Assembly (NCBI GenBank): GCA_951406725.2
Contig: OX597830.1
Location: 19,158,001 to 19,222,000, forward strand
Direction of reading: 5' to 3'
DNA length: 64,000 nucleotides
Source: Octopus vulgaris
Taxonomy: Eukaryota
A program made the position numbers and the translations under genes. The stretch's first letter is position 1; each line of letters starts with the position of its first letter. The notes under the pieces were generated by a model. The model was not told the DNA's origin and made no database searches. It saw only the letters and a program-made list of their open reading frames with translations. This document shows, piece by piece, positions 1 to 13,895 of the stretch.

Positions 1-65
1 AGTGGTGTAGCATAGGTGATCTTCTTGTAGCAAAAAGGATGACCAGTCTGACTGGCTCACCCCTG

Positions 66-66
<1 letters not shown>

Positions 67-117
<51 letters not shown>

Positions 118-196
118 ACACACGCACCCTCACACACACACACGCACACACACACACACTCACACACACGCACACACACACACACACACACACACG
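67..196. repeat. (CA)n microsatellite
   Basis: Direct reading. Confidence 0.95.
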
Positions 197-858
197 TTAG
201 CTTACAATTCTATTTATATTTTTGCGTGTCTATGTGTGTAAAGAGGAAGTGGGAGTAATAGGCAGAGTAAAGGCTTTGAAGTGAAAGAGTGAAATGGTAA
301 AATATTTAGTTTTCTCGAATGTTTTCTGAAATGGGGGTGAAATTGGAAGAAATTTTGTATGCCATGACCGAATGGAAGTACTTTGAAAAATCATAGGTAA
401 ACTCTAATTGAAGAAATTGTTCGAGGAGTAAATCGTTATGTATTTATTTGTTTCTGTTTGCTGTGTTGTTTTTTTTTGAGTAGTGGTTTAAGGTACAGTT
501 GCAAAGAGAAAGTAGGAGAAATTAGGGTGATAGCATGAGTGAAGCAGTTCATCCCTGTTATATAAATACTTTCACTTTAATCGTTGCACACTTGCAAAGA
601 GAAAGGAGTAGAAAGTATAGTGGTAATGGTATGAGTGAATCACTTGAACTGAAAGAGAAAAATCGTTAAATAGTTAGTTTTCTTGAATTTTTGCTTAATT
701 GGGGGTGAAATAGAAAAAACTTTACGTGCCACGACCCGATGTATTCTACTTATAAAAATGCTAGGTAAATTCTAATTGAAGAAATTCTATATTGTAGATT
801 TGTATAATAAACAAACGGTTTGGGAGGCAGATAAAATCTGCCTTTTATAATAAGAGAT
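197..858 (-). mobile_element. Putative non-autonomous Helitron-like element with an internal ~365-bp degenerate duplication
   Basis: Minus strand begins aTCtcttattataaaaggcag next to a TA tract, with a ggcagat/atctgcc hairpin at 826-842. Segments 305-420 and 673-790 are diverged copies of each other. Confidence 0.35.
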
Positions 859-1530
<672 letters not shown>

Positions 1531-1624
1531 ATCGAAACAAGAAAGCACAAAAGAACACAACAACGTGAGGGCGTGGAACAAATATAGTATAATTGGACGC
1601 TGAGGAAAGAAGGAAAGAAGGAGG

Positions 1625-1659
1625 GTTTAACGTTTCGAGCGGAGCTCTTCGTCGGAAAC
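1625..1659 (-). ncRNA. Minimal type I hammerhead ribozyme motif in a PLE terminal fragment (1527-1720)
   Basis: Minus: gttt CCGACGA A GAGC tcc GCTC GAAAC GTT aaac. Stem I is 4 bp, stem II is 4 bp, stem III is the palindrome ACGT. U4C variant. Confidence 0.7.
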
Positions 1660-1909
1660 ATAAGAGAAGGAAAGATTCAGAGAAGGGAAAACAGAGGGAA
1701 AAAAACGTGGTTTTTTTCGTTCTCTGAAACAACCAAAACGGGGTTGCATAAATCGACGAAATAATCTCGTAAACTGACAAAAAACGTAGAACTTGTTATC
1801 TCATAACGGTCTACTGAAATTTATTAATGAAAAACCGTAATATATTTCGCTACATGCCAAATATAATACATTAAAGTCAGTTACGGAAGCGAGATTTTAC
1901 GTCGAATAA

Positions 1910-2580
1910 CCACGTTGTTGCAAGTCGTATTTTTATTTCCAGCCCTGTGTAAGAAGCAAAAAGAATTGTCTTCTTTCTTTTTTGAAACAAAACGTCGTAC
2001 AAGGACAAGGATTTGGAATTTTACCTCTTGCAAATAAGTATCCTTTTCATTTGTTTATTTTCCTTTAATTTAAGGTAACATCTGAGTTAATATTTGTTTA
2101 CTTTCTGAGAATAATTTTCTTTCAACTTCTGTTACAGTGTCCACTTCGTTTTCAACCTATCTTTCACGTTATCTCTTTAAAATTATTTAGAAATATAAAT
2201 CTTTAGTTTAGAATTATATACTTTTTTCGAAAAAGCACGTGGTTGTGAGTCGTATTTCTATAACCAGCCGGATGTAAGAGGCAAAAAGAATTGTTTGCTT
2301 TTCTTTTTTGAAAGAAAACTTCGTACAAGGACAAGGATTTGGAGTTTTGCCTCTTGCAAATAAGTATCCTTTTCATTTGTTTATGTTCCTTTAATTTAAG
2401 TTAATATCTGAGCTACGATTTCCTCTTTGTTTACTTTCTGAGAATAATTTTCTTTTTTCTTTCAACTTCTGTTACAGTGTCCACCTCGCTTTCAATCTTT
2501 TTTTTCACTTCATCTCTTTAAATTTATTTAGAAATCCTTTTTAGAAATATAACCGTAATTAGTTTAGAATTATATATTTC
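1910..2580 (+). repeat. Two tandem ~325-bp monomers (possible LINE 5'UTR)
   Basis: 1924-2225 and 2249-2580 share long blocks (gtacaaggacaaggatttgga, cctcttgcaaataagtatccttttcatttgttta). They lie upstream of a CT tract and the LINE ORF1. Confidence 0.75.
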
Positions 2581-2584
2581 TTTC

Positions 2585-3235
2585 GTTTCCCCACTCTCTT
2601 CATATCTACCCTCTTCCTCTCTCCTCCCTTACATATATTCCTCCACTTCCAGCTCCTCTCTCTTTACGCCTACTCTTTCCCTCTCTCTTGCATATCTTAC
2701 TCTTTTTCTCATCTTTCTCCCTCCCTTTCATATCCTCCTCTTTTCTCACTTCTCTTTCCTTTCCATCTCACATCTACCACTCCTTCTGTCACACCACCCT
2801 CTCATTCATATACTTCTCATTTGCCCATTCCTCTCACTCCGTTTCTCTCTCTCTCTCTCTCACATCCTTCATCCTTTCCTGTCTCTCCCTCACTGTCTCT
2901 CTTTCTCTTGCCATCCTCTCCCTCCCTCTGTCTCTCTTTCTCTTCCCCTCCTCTCCTTCACTCTGCCTCTCTTTCTCTTCCCCTCCTCTCCTTCACTCTG
3001 TCTCTTTCTATTCCCCTCCTCTCTCACTCTCTCTCTTTCTCTCCCCTTCCTCTACCTTCCTCTGTCTCTTTAACACGCCACACCCCTTGCTTTCCCTATA
3101 TCACCCTCTCTATTTCCTTCATAGCACCTCTTTCTTTCCTTCATATCTCCCTCTCTCTTTCCCTATTTCCCCCTCTGTGCTTCTCCTCTACTTCCCTCTA
3201 TCTCACATTACATCTCTAGTCTCTACTCCCCCTCT
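2585..3235. repeat. Polypyrimidine (CT-rich) low-complexity tract
   Basis: Direct reading. Confidence 0.9.
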
Positions 3236-3251
3236 GGGATTAAAAACGAAG

Positions 3252-4182
3252 ATGGCACCAAAGTAGGAAAAGAAAGAGTTGAATCTTCTGCTACGAGCAT
3301 GGATGATTGCTAGTGGCGATCCGCCAAACAATATCATCACTGCTGCGCTAAAGAACAATGGCTTTCATAGAACCATTGACCAGATAGAGCGGAAGAAAAA
3401 TGAATTTATCCGGTCTTACATGCTTATAAGACCACACATCAACACCTTGGATAACATAATTGAAAATTATTGTGGCAAGGCTAATAAGGACGGAGAGGAC
3501 GAACAATAAAAAGAACCCGGAAGTCTCTGTAAGTTTCTCAAGAAAATGGATCACTTACCCCGGTGAACGACCAGGCAGAGAAGGATAGGGGAGCCAAGGG
3601 AGCAGTAACTGGAAGCCCCCCTGTACCAGTGGTCCTACAAAAAAATGAGAAATTAGAAAAACAGAAGAAAAAAGAAGGACGGAAAACAAAAATAAAGGCA
3701 AAATAACCAAAACTGAAACCCCAACCCACCAAACAAACAACAGAAAACCCCATGGAGGACCTAATGCCACCCAAAACCCTTCAGGAAAGAAGAAATCTGG
3801 AAGGCACCCAAGAACCTGTAAATTTTACCTGCAGAGCAAATGTTGGCATGGGGAAGTCGGCAAAAACTGCCGGTTTGCCCACCCGACACCCCGCCAGAAC
3901 TACAGGGGCCTTAAAGAGAAGAACTTTATTGACGAAAGGCAAGAAATGTCTCCCAGGAAAACATTCAGAAAAGAAGTGTGCTCCTCAGATGTTCTGCACA
4001 ACGCAGCAGCTGAGCAAGAGTCTTTTTTGTGCATGGCGCAAAGGATTGTTCAGCAGCTAACCTGGCTACGACAAGCACAAGGAAGGAACCTTGCCCACCA
4101 CTATGCAAGACCACCACAATCAACAGACACGGGATGGCCTCCCCTAACGCCTGCACAGTCGTCACCCGAATACTTTTACTAA
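3252..4182 (+). pseudogene. LINE ORF1 remnant: Myb/SANT(trihelix)-like N-terminus plus CCCH zinc finger
   Basis: MAPK*EKKELNLLLRAW..LKNNGFHRTIDQIERKKNEFIRSY resembles trihelix/MADF domains. 3817-3882 reads CKFYLQSKCWHGEVGKNCRFAH. Confidence 0.6.
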
Positions 4183-6786
4183 ATATTGGGGGCCTGTTGC
4201 ATCAAAATAAAAACAAAATTTCTTTCCTGAGAGATCTTACTACATGCAATCAAGCCCTATGCATAGCACTTGTGGAAACTCACCTCAGCCCTGACATAGA
4301 GGACGCAGAAGTACACATACCAAACTATGTCATACTGCGAACAGACAGAAGGGAAAGGAGCCATGGTGGAGTTGCTGTATACATCCGAGATGACCTCACA
4401 CCCCAGGTCTTACTGTCATACTCAAATTCGGTATGTGACACTCTAATTGTATACATATGACATCATAATATAGTCATATGCAATACATATTGCCCACCGG
4501 ATGCTCCAAACCACATAGGCAAGTTTGAAGATTGCCTCACAAGAATTAAAGAAATCCTCATGAATCTGGAACACCACGTGACCATATTTCTTATGGGTGA
4601 TTTCAACTTCCCCAACGTCACATACTCTCAGGAATGACTCATTGCAAGCAAGCACAGGTGGAGTCCCTGCTCAACCTCATCAATGCCTTATTCATGGAGC
4701 AAGTTGTACTCAAACGAACTAGGGCGAATAACATTCCGGATCTCTGCTTTACGAACAATATGGACATCATTCATGATGTGAAAGTGACACCGACATTAGT
4801 CTCGGATCACAACATAATAGAGCTGCCTCTGCTTGGGCCGAAAGTAACCAGAGACATACAGCCTAAAGGAAGCACCCGAAATCTCTCCAATCTGAACTTC
4901 CACAAAGCAGATTGGAAATCGATCCAAAAAGAGATCCTCAGAGAGGACTGGCCGGAATGTCTCTCCACTCCAGACATTGACATGAAACTAGAATGTTTCA
5001 TGTCTTCTGTGCAAGCCGTATGCCAGAAATATGTCCCGGAGCACAAGGCCAAAACAAATAGGAGCAAGATTCCAAGAGATAGTAAGATCCTCATGAGACG
5101 ACGGACGAAGGTTGCAAATCGACTCAACCAACATCCCAAAAGCAGCGAAACGTCCCGCCTAAAAACAACACTGACAGAGATTGAAAAAAGGCTGCAACAA
5201 TCCTATGTGAGGGAGAAAGCAGACAAAGAAGCCTGGGTTATAAAAAAACATTATGTCAAACCCAAAGGCCTTCTTTCATTACGCGAAAGAAACAGCCTCA
5301 GTACACTACAAGATAGGACCCCTCCTCCAAAAGGATGGCTCCCTCACAGACAGTCCAACTAAGATCAGTGAGATACTGAATGACCAGTTCAAAAGTGTCT
5401 TTACCACCCCGTTGGAAGACAGACAAGTGAACGAACCAGTGGACTTCTTTGCCGTCTCACCTATAACCAGCGAGGCAGTTACAATAGAATACATTGACAT
5501 TAGCGAAGATGTCCTACTAGCCATAGATGAAGTGGACACAAACTCAACTGCTGGTCCAGATGGTTTCCCAGCAATCCTCCTCAAATCGTGTAAACATGCT
5601 CTGGCAAAACCCCTCAAGATTCTATTCCAGAGCTTTCTTACAAATGGCAAACTGCCAAGCAAGCTGATGGAGGGAATAATATGCCCAATACATAAAGGGG
5701 GAAGTAGAGCAGATGCCAAAAACTATAGGCCTATCTCTCTGACTTTACACATCAGCAAAGTCATGGAACGGATAGTCAGAGGGAAACTAATCGCATTCCT
5801 TGAAAAAATAAGCTGCTAAGTGATACCCAACATGATTTTCGACCAGGTAGGAGCTGCCTGATCCAGCTCTTACAACATTATGACTGGGTGTTGAGGCAGT
5901 TACTCAACAAATCAAATGTGGATGTAATATACCTTGATTTTTGCAAAAGCTTTTGACAAGGTAGATCATGTTATGATATGCCACAAATTGCGTGACCTCG
6001 GCATAGCTGGAAAACTTGGAGTGTGGTTACATGACTTCCTGAAAGATAGGAGTCAGGCAGTAGTGGCTAATGGAGCCACCTCTATGAACACACAAATAGT
6101 GAGCGGTGTTCCACAGGGCATTGTCTTGGGACCACTGCATTTTATATTGGCCCTCTCAGATATGCTCTCAAATGCCCGGATAGCCACTCTGGCAAGCTAT
6201 GCAGATGATACGAAAGTCTCGCAGAAAATACAGAACCCCAGCGATGTTGCACTACTGCAGCAGCAGCTGGAGTCAATCTACAGATGGGCTGAGGTTAATA
6301 ATATGCAGTTTAATGCTGAAAAATTCCAGGCTCTGCGCTACCAGCATCCAAAACTGAATATTAAACCTACAGGGTACACCGGTCCACAGGGAATTTCAAT
6401 CCCAGAGCCTAAGTTAGTGAGGGACCTGGGTATCGGCATGAGTGATGATACCTCTTTCCAAGTGCACATTACCAGGATGGCGACAAAGTGCAGACGACTG
6501 GCTGATTGGATCCTAAGAACTTTCAGAACCAGAGAATAGGAAACCATGATGGCCCTCTGGCGGACATTCGTCCTAGCCGCCTGGATTACTGCTCACAGCT
6601 ATGGTCACCCAGTGTGAGATTAACAGCGGATCTTGAAGCAATCCAGAGAAGATTCACAAAGAAGATCGTCTCTTTGCAACAGCTCAGCTACTGGGAAAGG
6701 TTGAAACAGCTAAGACTCTACTCCCTGGAGAGAAGACGGGAGAGGTATGCAGTAATATATATCTGTAAGATCCTGGAAGGAATTGT
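3252..6786 (+). mobile_element. Degraded CR1-group LINE (ORF1 plus APE-RT ORF2), 3' truncated
   Basis: APE motifs (CIALVETHL, RTDR..SHGGVAVY, SDHN). RT motifs (GPDG, NYRPISLT, DFAKAFDKVDH, SGVPQG, YADDTK). C-terminal LDYCSQLWSP..LSYWERLKQLRLYSLERRR. Multiple stops and frameshifts. Confidence 0.92.
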
Positions 6787-6829
6787 AACAGAGGCAATGA
6801 TGAAAAACCGAGATCTATAGAGACATGCT

Positions 6830-7111
6830 GTGATTGCGAAGACCCAACAAATAACGTGAGTTCATGGCTGTTCCTGCACCAGTTTCACATAGCAGCCCCA
6901 GCCCATCCAAAGTACCTTGGATCACAGAATGGCCTGCTGTGCCTACATTGGATCGTAGGGTGACCTGCTGTGCTTGAGGGGACCTTTTGAGTCAAGTACA
7001 TCAACATCAAAATAAAAATCAAATGGAAATTGTAGTTGTGATACCTGTGCCGGTGGCACGTAAAAAGCATCAACCGATCGTGGCCACTGCCACCCTCCTC
7101 TGGCATCTGTA

Positions 7112-7112
<1 letters not shown>
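6830..7112 (+). mobile_element. RTE-type LINE 3' region fragment
   Basis: Shares gtgccggtggcacgtaaaaagcaccaaccg blocks with the copy at 29450. Confidence 0.55.
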
Positions 7113-7186
<74 letters not shown>

Positions 7187-7566
7187 TACATATAATGCAT
7201 TTTTTCCAGTTTCTCCCCTATCAAATCCATTCACAAGTCTTTGCAGCCCAAGGCTATTCTAGGAGAAACTTGCTTACAGTGGGATTGAACCTGAGACCTC
7301 ATGGTTGGAAAACAAGCTTCTTTACCATGCAGCCAAGCTCACATCTATATCTGTTATAAATTATTATTACAGACCACTGCGCTGTGTTCTCAAGCTCAAA
7401 ACATGATTACATTTCATTTAGAAAAGTGAGCACTAACACAATGTACCAAATCAGAAAGCATTGATTGAGGAAGAGACTACCTATAATGTGGAGAAATAAA
7501 CATTGGACAGACAGGTTAGTCTGTTTACAAGGGAGATAACTCTGAATTTCAAACAGTCAAAATGCA

Positions 7567-7990
7567 CATCATCATCGTTTAACGTCCGCTTTCCATGCTG
7601 ACATGGGTTGGACGGTTTGACTAAGGACTGGCGAACCAGAAGGCTGCACCAGGCTCAGTCTGATCTGGCAAAGTTTCTACAGCTGGATGCCCTTCCTAAC
7701 ACCAACCACTCCGAGAGTGTAGTGGGTGCTTTTACGTGACACCAGCATGAGGGCCAGTCAGGTGGTTTTGGTAACGATCTTGTTCAAAAGATTTTTTTAC
7801 GTGCTACCTGCATGGGAGCCAGTCTGGCAGCACTAGCAACAACTACACTCAAATGTTGTTTTTCACATGCCACCGGCACATGTTCCGGCAGGGCGACTCT
7901 GGCAATGATCACGTTCAGATGATGCTTTTCACATGCCACTGGCACGAGAGCCAATCCGTGGCCCTGGCAATGATCATCCTCGGATGCGCT
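7567..7990 (-). mobile_element. RTE-LINE 3' end / RTE-tail repeat with (GAT)n tail
   Basis: catcatcgtttaacgtccgctttccatgc... is the same family as 29450, 31086, 34765, 42908 and 56648. The copy at 31086 links to an RTE RT remnant. Confidence 0.8.
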
Positions 7991-9073
7991 TTTAAACCAA
8001 CGTTAAAATCTCATTTAAGGAAGAATAGGAATATAGCGGGATGGGGGAGTCATTATTCTGGTCTTTAGCACACATGGTAACATTACTGAACATGTTTTGT
8101 TCTTATTAGACCTTTTCAGCAGAACATAGTTTTCACTGAGCTGCCAGATTTATAATAAAGAATTACTGTAACATATTTATGACAGTCCTGTGCATGAGTA
8201 TGTTACACTGACAACATAATGACACTTTATCTAGTTTGATCCAGATTATGTGCCTTGACTAAGAGATGAATTTTAAATAATTTGGGTCATAGTTTCATAG
8301 CTGAGTGGTTGACAAAGAATATTGAAACACTTTATAAAAGATATGAATATCCCACCCAAACAAGAGTGTAAACATTATAAAGCACACGCACACACAAGTA
8401 TACACAGACACATGTGCATACGCACATGCAAAAATGCCCTTATATGGAAATGCTAAATTAATGGATATTTACAATATCTGGGTAGGTAGTGGGTAGCGAT
8501 TTTCTTTCTACTTCAGGGAGTGACGACCCTGCCTGACATGAGTCCCGGGCTCAGCTGGCTCCAGCTGACAGTACCCAGTACGGGATCCTATCCAGGGTTA
8601 TGGAAAGGAGACAACCTTAAAAGAAATCCGGAGTGGAGCCCCGTAAGCGGTTTAGTGTTTGACTCAATACACTCTTCCGGCATCTCCTGCAACCAAGCTA
8701 GTGCCAAACGTAATGCTCTGCGCTTCTTTGGACTACACCAGCAAGGTCGATAGAAGAAACCTGACGATTGGACTACCCAGGATTTTCTTACATCTAGCCT
8801 AGGTCTGCGCAAAACTGAAGAGGAAACTGGAGAGGACATGAAATGTAAAACCCGGACTGGTTTAGTTTATGCGCAACTCCATTGTCTTCCGAGACAAAAG
8901 GATTCTAACAATGATATCTTCAATGATGACTCTTTCTTCATTCAGTCAATTAAACTACTTGCTCATTGAATTAGCATTTAAGTAACTGAGTATTCCACAG
9001 AAACATGTGTACGTTAAAATAATCTTTGGACAGAGTGAGCACAACATGGTGTAAGACAAGGGTAGATTTTTAA

Positions 9074-9400
9074 TCCTTTTGACATTGAAACCATCCAAAT
9101 CCAGCTCAAATATTCTACCTGTTTTCTGTTCAAATTGACCAGATCCAGCCTCTCACACCTACCCTACAATGTCATTCTAAAAATAACGAATCACGTAATC
9201 AAAATCTCAAAATTACAAGACAATGCATAATTAATTCAAAATATCAACATAATCATCATTATCTGTTTTCCATGATGGCATGGATTGGACATTTTGACAG
9301 GAGCTGACAAGGCCAGGTGCCACACCAGGTTCCATGGTCTGTTTTGGCAATGGGAATAAATAAGCATTACATCTGACAGAGGAATCCGAAGACCAAAGGA
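9074..9400. mobile_element. piggyBac-like MITE interrupted by an RTE-tail fragment (~9250-9350)
   Basis: TTAA|tccttttg ... caaagga|TTAA: TTAA TSD and short terminal inverted repeats. Confidence 0.6.
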
Positions 9401-9559
9401 TTAAATCACAAGTAACAATCATCCCCAAAACTTTTCACACAGTTTCTGTCTTCATATTTTTTATTCACAAAATCTGGCGTCACTCAATGTCATGATAAAT
9501 GACACTTGCCCATGGTGCCCCTCAGTTGGATAGAACCCAGGACTTTGAGATTAGCTTTT

Positions 9560-9935
9560 ATCTTAAGTCATTGGACTGCAGTCATTCTGAGCCACTGACT
9601 GAAAGTATTTAGCCAAACAAACTAACCCCAGTACTTATCGTTTTTAAGTCTGGTACTGATACTATTGGTCTCTTTTGAAAACTGCTTGTTTCCCAGAGAC
9701 ATAAATAAGCCAACACTGGTTGTCAAGCAGTGGTGGAAAAAAAGATCACACACACACACACACATAGCAGACTTCCAAACAGTTTCCATCTACCAAATTC
9801 ACAGACATTTTCTAACCCAAAGACATTGGTCAGCCTGGGGCTACAGTATAAGACACTTGGACAAAGTATTGTGCAGTGGGACTGAACCCAAAACCATGTG
9901 GTTACAAAGTGTATTTCTTACCCATACAGCCATGC
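9560..9935 (-). mobile_element. tRNA-derived SINE family A, degraded
   Basis: Similar to the reverse complement of 44631-45030. Confidence 0.7.
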
Positions 9936-10631
9936 TTGCATCTATGGAAACAAGCCTGTTTATATTTTCAGCCATGTTACAACCACATTACCATTGCATG
10001 CAACAGTAATGGCCTGTATTACTATTGTACACAACAGTATGCAACTTCGTAAATGCTGAGTAATCTTGTATGTCGTTCTGGCTCACAAAGAAGTAAGAAT
10101 AACAAAGCACATCTTATTTAATTTGATCCTTTTTGCCTACCCAAGCTAATTTAAAATGGCTTATATTGTCGATTTTACAACTGAGTGGTTGACTATGAGA
10201 AGCATATTAAGAAATTTTAAAAGGTGAAATACGTACATGAAGGTATGTGATTTAGTGGTAAAGGATGTTGACCCACAATTAAGAGTTCTTGATTTCACTT
10301 GTCAGACCAACTCTGCATATTGTGTTCTTGAGCATAACACTTCATTTCACATTGCTCCAGTTCACTCAGCTGTGAATTGTTAACCCCGTGATGAATTAGT
10401 CTTCTGATCAAATGCAATGTCGGTCTGCTCACCCAACCAGTGGGGTGGCATCGTTCAAATGCTAAAATGATGATCAAGTGTCTTTTCCTAAAACCCCAGG
10501 CCAATCAATATTTTGTAAGTAAATTTGGTAGATGGAAACTGTGTGGCAGCCCAAAATGATGTGAAGCGCATTGTGACTAGCGATGTGTAACAACATCTGA
10601 TTGTCTGGTTGATACCATGATAATATATATA

Positions 10632-11045
10632 GGCACAAATATGACTGTGGTTAAGAAGCTCACTTTACAACCACGTGGTTTCAGGTTCAATGCCAAGGCA
10701 CAACACTTTGATCAAGTGTCTTTTACTAAAACCCCAGGCCAATCAACATTTTGTAAGTAAATTTGGTAGATAGAAACTGTGTGGAAGCCCATTATATGAG
10801 AGTGCTTATTTTTCTGTCTTTATTTGTCACCAACCTTCCAACCCATTGCTCAACAACTGCTGCTGGTATATTGAAGATCATCATTTAGCAGTTCACAAAA
10901 GAAACTGATAGAATAATTACAAGAATTTAAAAAAAAGGATAAAAAAAACATAAGTACTGAGGGTAATGTGTTCAACTAAAAAACATTTCAAGGTGGTGCC
11001 CCAGCATGGTCACAGTCCAATGACTGAAACAAGAAAATAGATAAA
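10632..11045 (+). mobile_element. tRNA-derived SINE family A, degraded
   Basis: Head with GGTTCAATG B-box. Tail gtccaatgactgaaacaag as in 44631-45030. Confidence 0.75.
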
Positions 11046-11205
11046 AGATCTCACCTACACAATCTTGAGAATAGACATGTAAAACTAGTAAAAAAAATGA
11101 AAAGAAGCATATATACCCACATATATATATATATTGTATTGTGAGATTACAAGACAATATATTCATGCATTGTGAGATTAATAACCTAGTAGAGATCTCA
11201 ATGTA

Positions 11206-11772
11206 TTGGGTTGTCCGGAAAGTTCATGCCGATTTATAGTAGCTTACATTTCGACTTATTTTAGAACATGGTTGAGTCCATAAAATAGGATTTGACTACA
11301 CCTCCATTTAGAGCACAGTTTAAGCTATCTTTTCGTGGAAGAAGGTTTATGTTTCTATAACTTGTGTTAATTCTGTAACCCTTTAAAATGGAAGATAAGA
11401 AAGTTCCTTTTCGGCACTTTGATGATTTGGGAACCAGACAAAAATTGCTGCAGCTCGGCTGGGATGTGTTATCCCACCCTCCATAATCACCAGATATTGC
11501 TCGTTCGGATTTCCACTTATTCAGGTCTCTGCAGAATAGTCTTAATGGTAAAAATTTCAATTCCTTAGATGATGTAAAAAGATACCTTGATGAATTCTTT
11601 GCCATGGAATCACCTCAAATCTGGGAAGAGGGTATTTTCAAGTTAAAGGAAAGATGGAGAGACATTGTGTAACAAAATGGTTCATATTTGATTGATTAAA
11701 AATGTAATGGCATGTATTTATTGACCTTTTTCTTTCCTTTAAAAATCGGCACGAACTTTCCGGACAAGCCAG
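11206..11772 (+). mobile_element. Internally deleted mariner transposon (567 bp)
   Basis: TA TSD at both ends. ~28-bp TIRs (ttgggttgtccggaaagttcatgccgattt / aaatcggcacgaactttccggacaagccag). Remnant ORF WDVLSHPP*SPDIARSDFHLFRSL. Confidence 0.92.
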
Positions 11773-11873
11773 TACATATGCTTCAAAACAAAGCACTTAA
11801 CTATGACTCCACTATGTCTTGCAGCAGAAACAGCTGTAAGCTAATGTAATTCCTTTGTCATCTTATTTTCTTT

Positions 11874-11923
<50 letters not shown>

Positions 11924-12876
11924 AGGAAGCAAATTGGCAGAGTCAATACAGCACACATACATAAGCACACACATACATACATAAGCACCCACACATACAT
12001 ACATAAAAACGCGTACATACACACATAAACACACATACATATATAAACATACATACATATATAAACAAACATACATAAACACACACATATACATAAACAC
12101 ACATGCACATATACAAACAGGCACATACATGCATAAACACAAACATGCACACACATATATAATGAGCTTCCACGTGAAACTAAAAAATAGGAACAGACTC
12201 GCCGCAGGGTGAACACAAAGCTAGAGAGATCTTTAGAGGAAGAACTCCCACCCAACAAGCGTTTCAACCCTTATACATGACACTCTACGGGAGCCGGGCC
12301 CACCCACTTTACGACTGCTAGGTTTCCTCCTACTACTTTCCAAAATCTTGTCTCAAGCGGGATTTGAACCTGGGTCGTTCTTTTTGTGAACCCGTGTTCC
12401 CAGGTCTGAGTTTCAGCCCACTAGGCCATTCTGAGCGAAGAAGGACCCAGTTCTTTTCTTATTCCCGTAAATAACCAATGGAATCCATAACTAGGTCTAC
12501 TGGTCATGTTTCTTCGCCTATATCGACATTGAGCTCTTTTCAGCATCGTCAGACAAGTGTTTGATTGCAGCAGTTCTCTGCAGCTTTTAATACCCAACTA
12601 CCCAGGTAGAAAAGGAAAAAAAAAGAGTGTGGCTAGATCTAGGTTTATTAGGTGTAAACATTTAAAGCCATTTCTCACTCGCCTATTTTCTCAGTACTTT
12701 AGTTAACACACACACTATGATAAAATTGTGTATTACTGAAGAATTTAGAATGCTGGAAATAGATTAAAGAGTAAGAAAGAGTGAGAGAGAGAGAGATTGA
12801 AAGAGGGAGAGAGAAAAAAGAGAGAGAACGAGAGAAAAACAGAGAACAAAGAAAAAAAAATAAAGCAAGTACTCAC

Positions 12877-12978
12877 AGAGCATGGTAATGACACCACATC
12901 CAAGCCATACAATCATGGTCAAACCAACAGACTTGCTCGCTTCAAGAACGCCCTTCGGCGAAATGAAGATGCCAGATC
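12877..12978 (-). CDS. SLC7A9-like: SLC7/LAT-family amino acid transporter, second coding exon
   Basis: tttag|GATCTGGC...ATGCTCT|gtgagt, 102 nt, phase 1/1, joins the previous exon in frame: (G)[45 protein letters not shown] is the LAT signature. No further downstream exon was found in 1-12876. Confidence 0.92.
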
Positions 12979-13347
12979 CTAAATTAGGGAAAATGGATTA
13001 GAAAGAAATTAAGCGTTCGTTAGTTTCCTGAGTCTATGGATCAATTAGACTGGCTAAAACCTGACCCTACACACACACACAGACACACACACACATTTCA
13101 GATATTGAGGAGGGAGGCAGTAATAAGGCGCCATTTTTTTTTTACTATTAACAAGTGAATGTTAACGAGACATCTTAGAATACTTTCCTTGACTGCTCCG
13201 TGCTGTCTTTCTTTTAGAATTTTGGGCATCCTTACTTCACATCGCATATCTATAGTCTGTAACATCATAACGGTGTAACAACTGACCGCGTTACTCCATG
13301 CATTGTTGCATTATGTCATACATATCAACAATGAGTATCCTCTAGAC

Positions 13348-13640
13348 CAGTGCTTCTCAAACTATCTGATGTGGAATACCAGCAGTTTTATCTTTCCCTC
13401 AGCGTGCCAGGGATCAGTAATATTTCTTAGCAATATTAATTTATACCGGAAACAATATATATAATGAATATAATAAGAGTTGACCATTTTTTTATCTTAT
13501 ATTTATTTTGTAAACAAATAATACAATATTACATAAGCATTTTGTGATGTTTCTTTCTTTTCTGGAAACTCGCCGTGTACCAGCAGCTGATGGCTCGCGG
13601 GCTGGTTCCGGTCCGCGGACCACCACTTTGAGTAGCATTG
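13348..13640. mobile_element. hAT/Charlie-type MITE in the SLC7 intron
   Basis: TIRs CAGTGCTTCTCAAA / TTTGAGTAGCATTG. 8-bp TSD ctctagac / ttctagat. Confidence 0.85.
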
Positions 13641-13895
13641 TTCTAGATCAGTCATTGGACAACCTGCAATCCACGGATTTTTCCGAATAGCACGCCAAAG
13701 AAAATTACTTTTATTTTCAGTAGTGCGACCCGTTTGATGACAAGTCATGTTTCATGCAATCTGCTTCTCATAAAAGGTTGCCTATGCTTGTTGTAGTTCA
13801 GAACAAGTCAGAAACAACCGAGAAGTTGAACAAACTATTAAATAATTCTGAAAATCGAAAAGACAATGTAAAAAATATTACAAGGTTGCTTAAAC

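Noticed and set aside
2688-3266. S/L/P/F-rich 192-aa ORF
   Set aside because: Translation of a CT low-complexity tract.
11827-11842. GAAACAGCTGTAAG, hammerhead 3' half identical to that at 40269
   Set aside because: No CUGANGA or stem II upstream. At most a relic.
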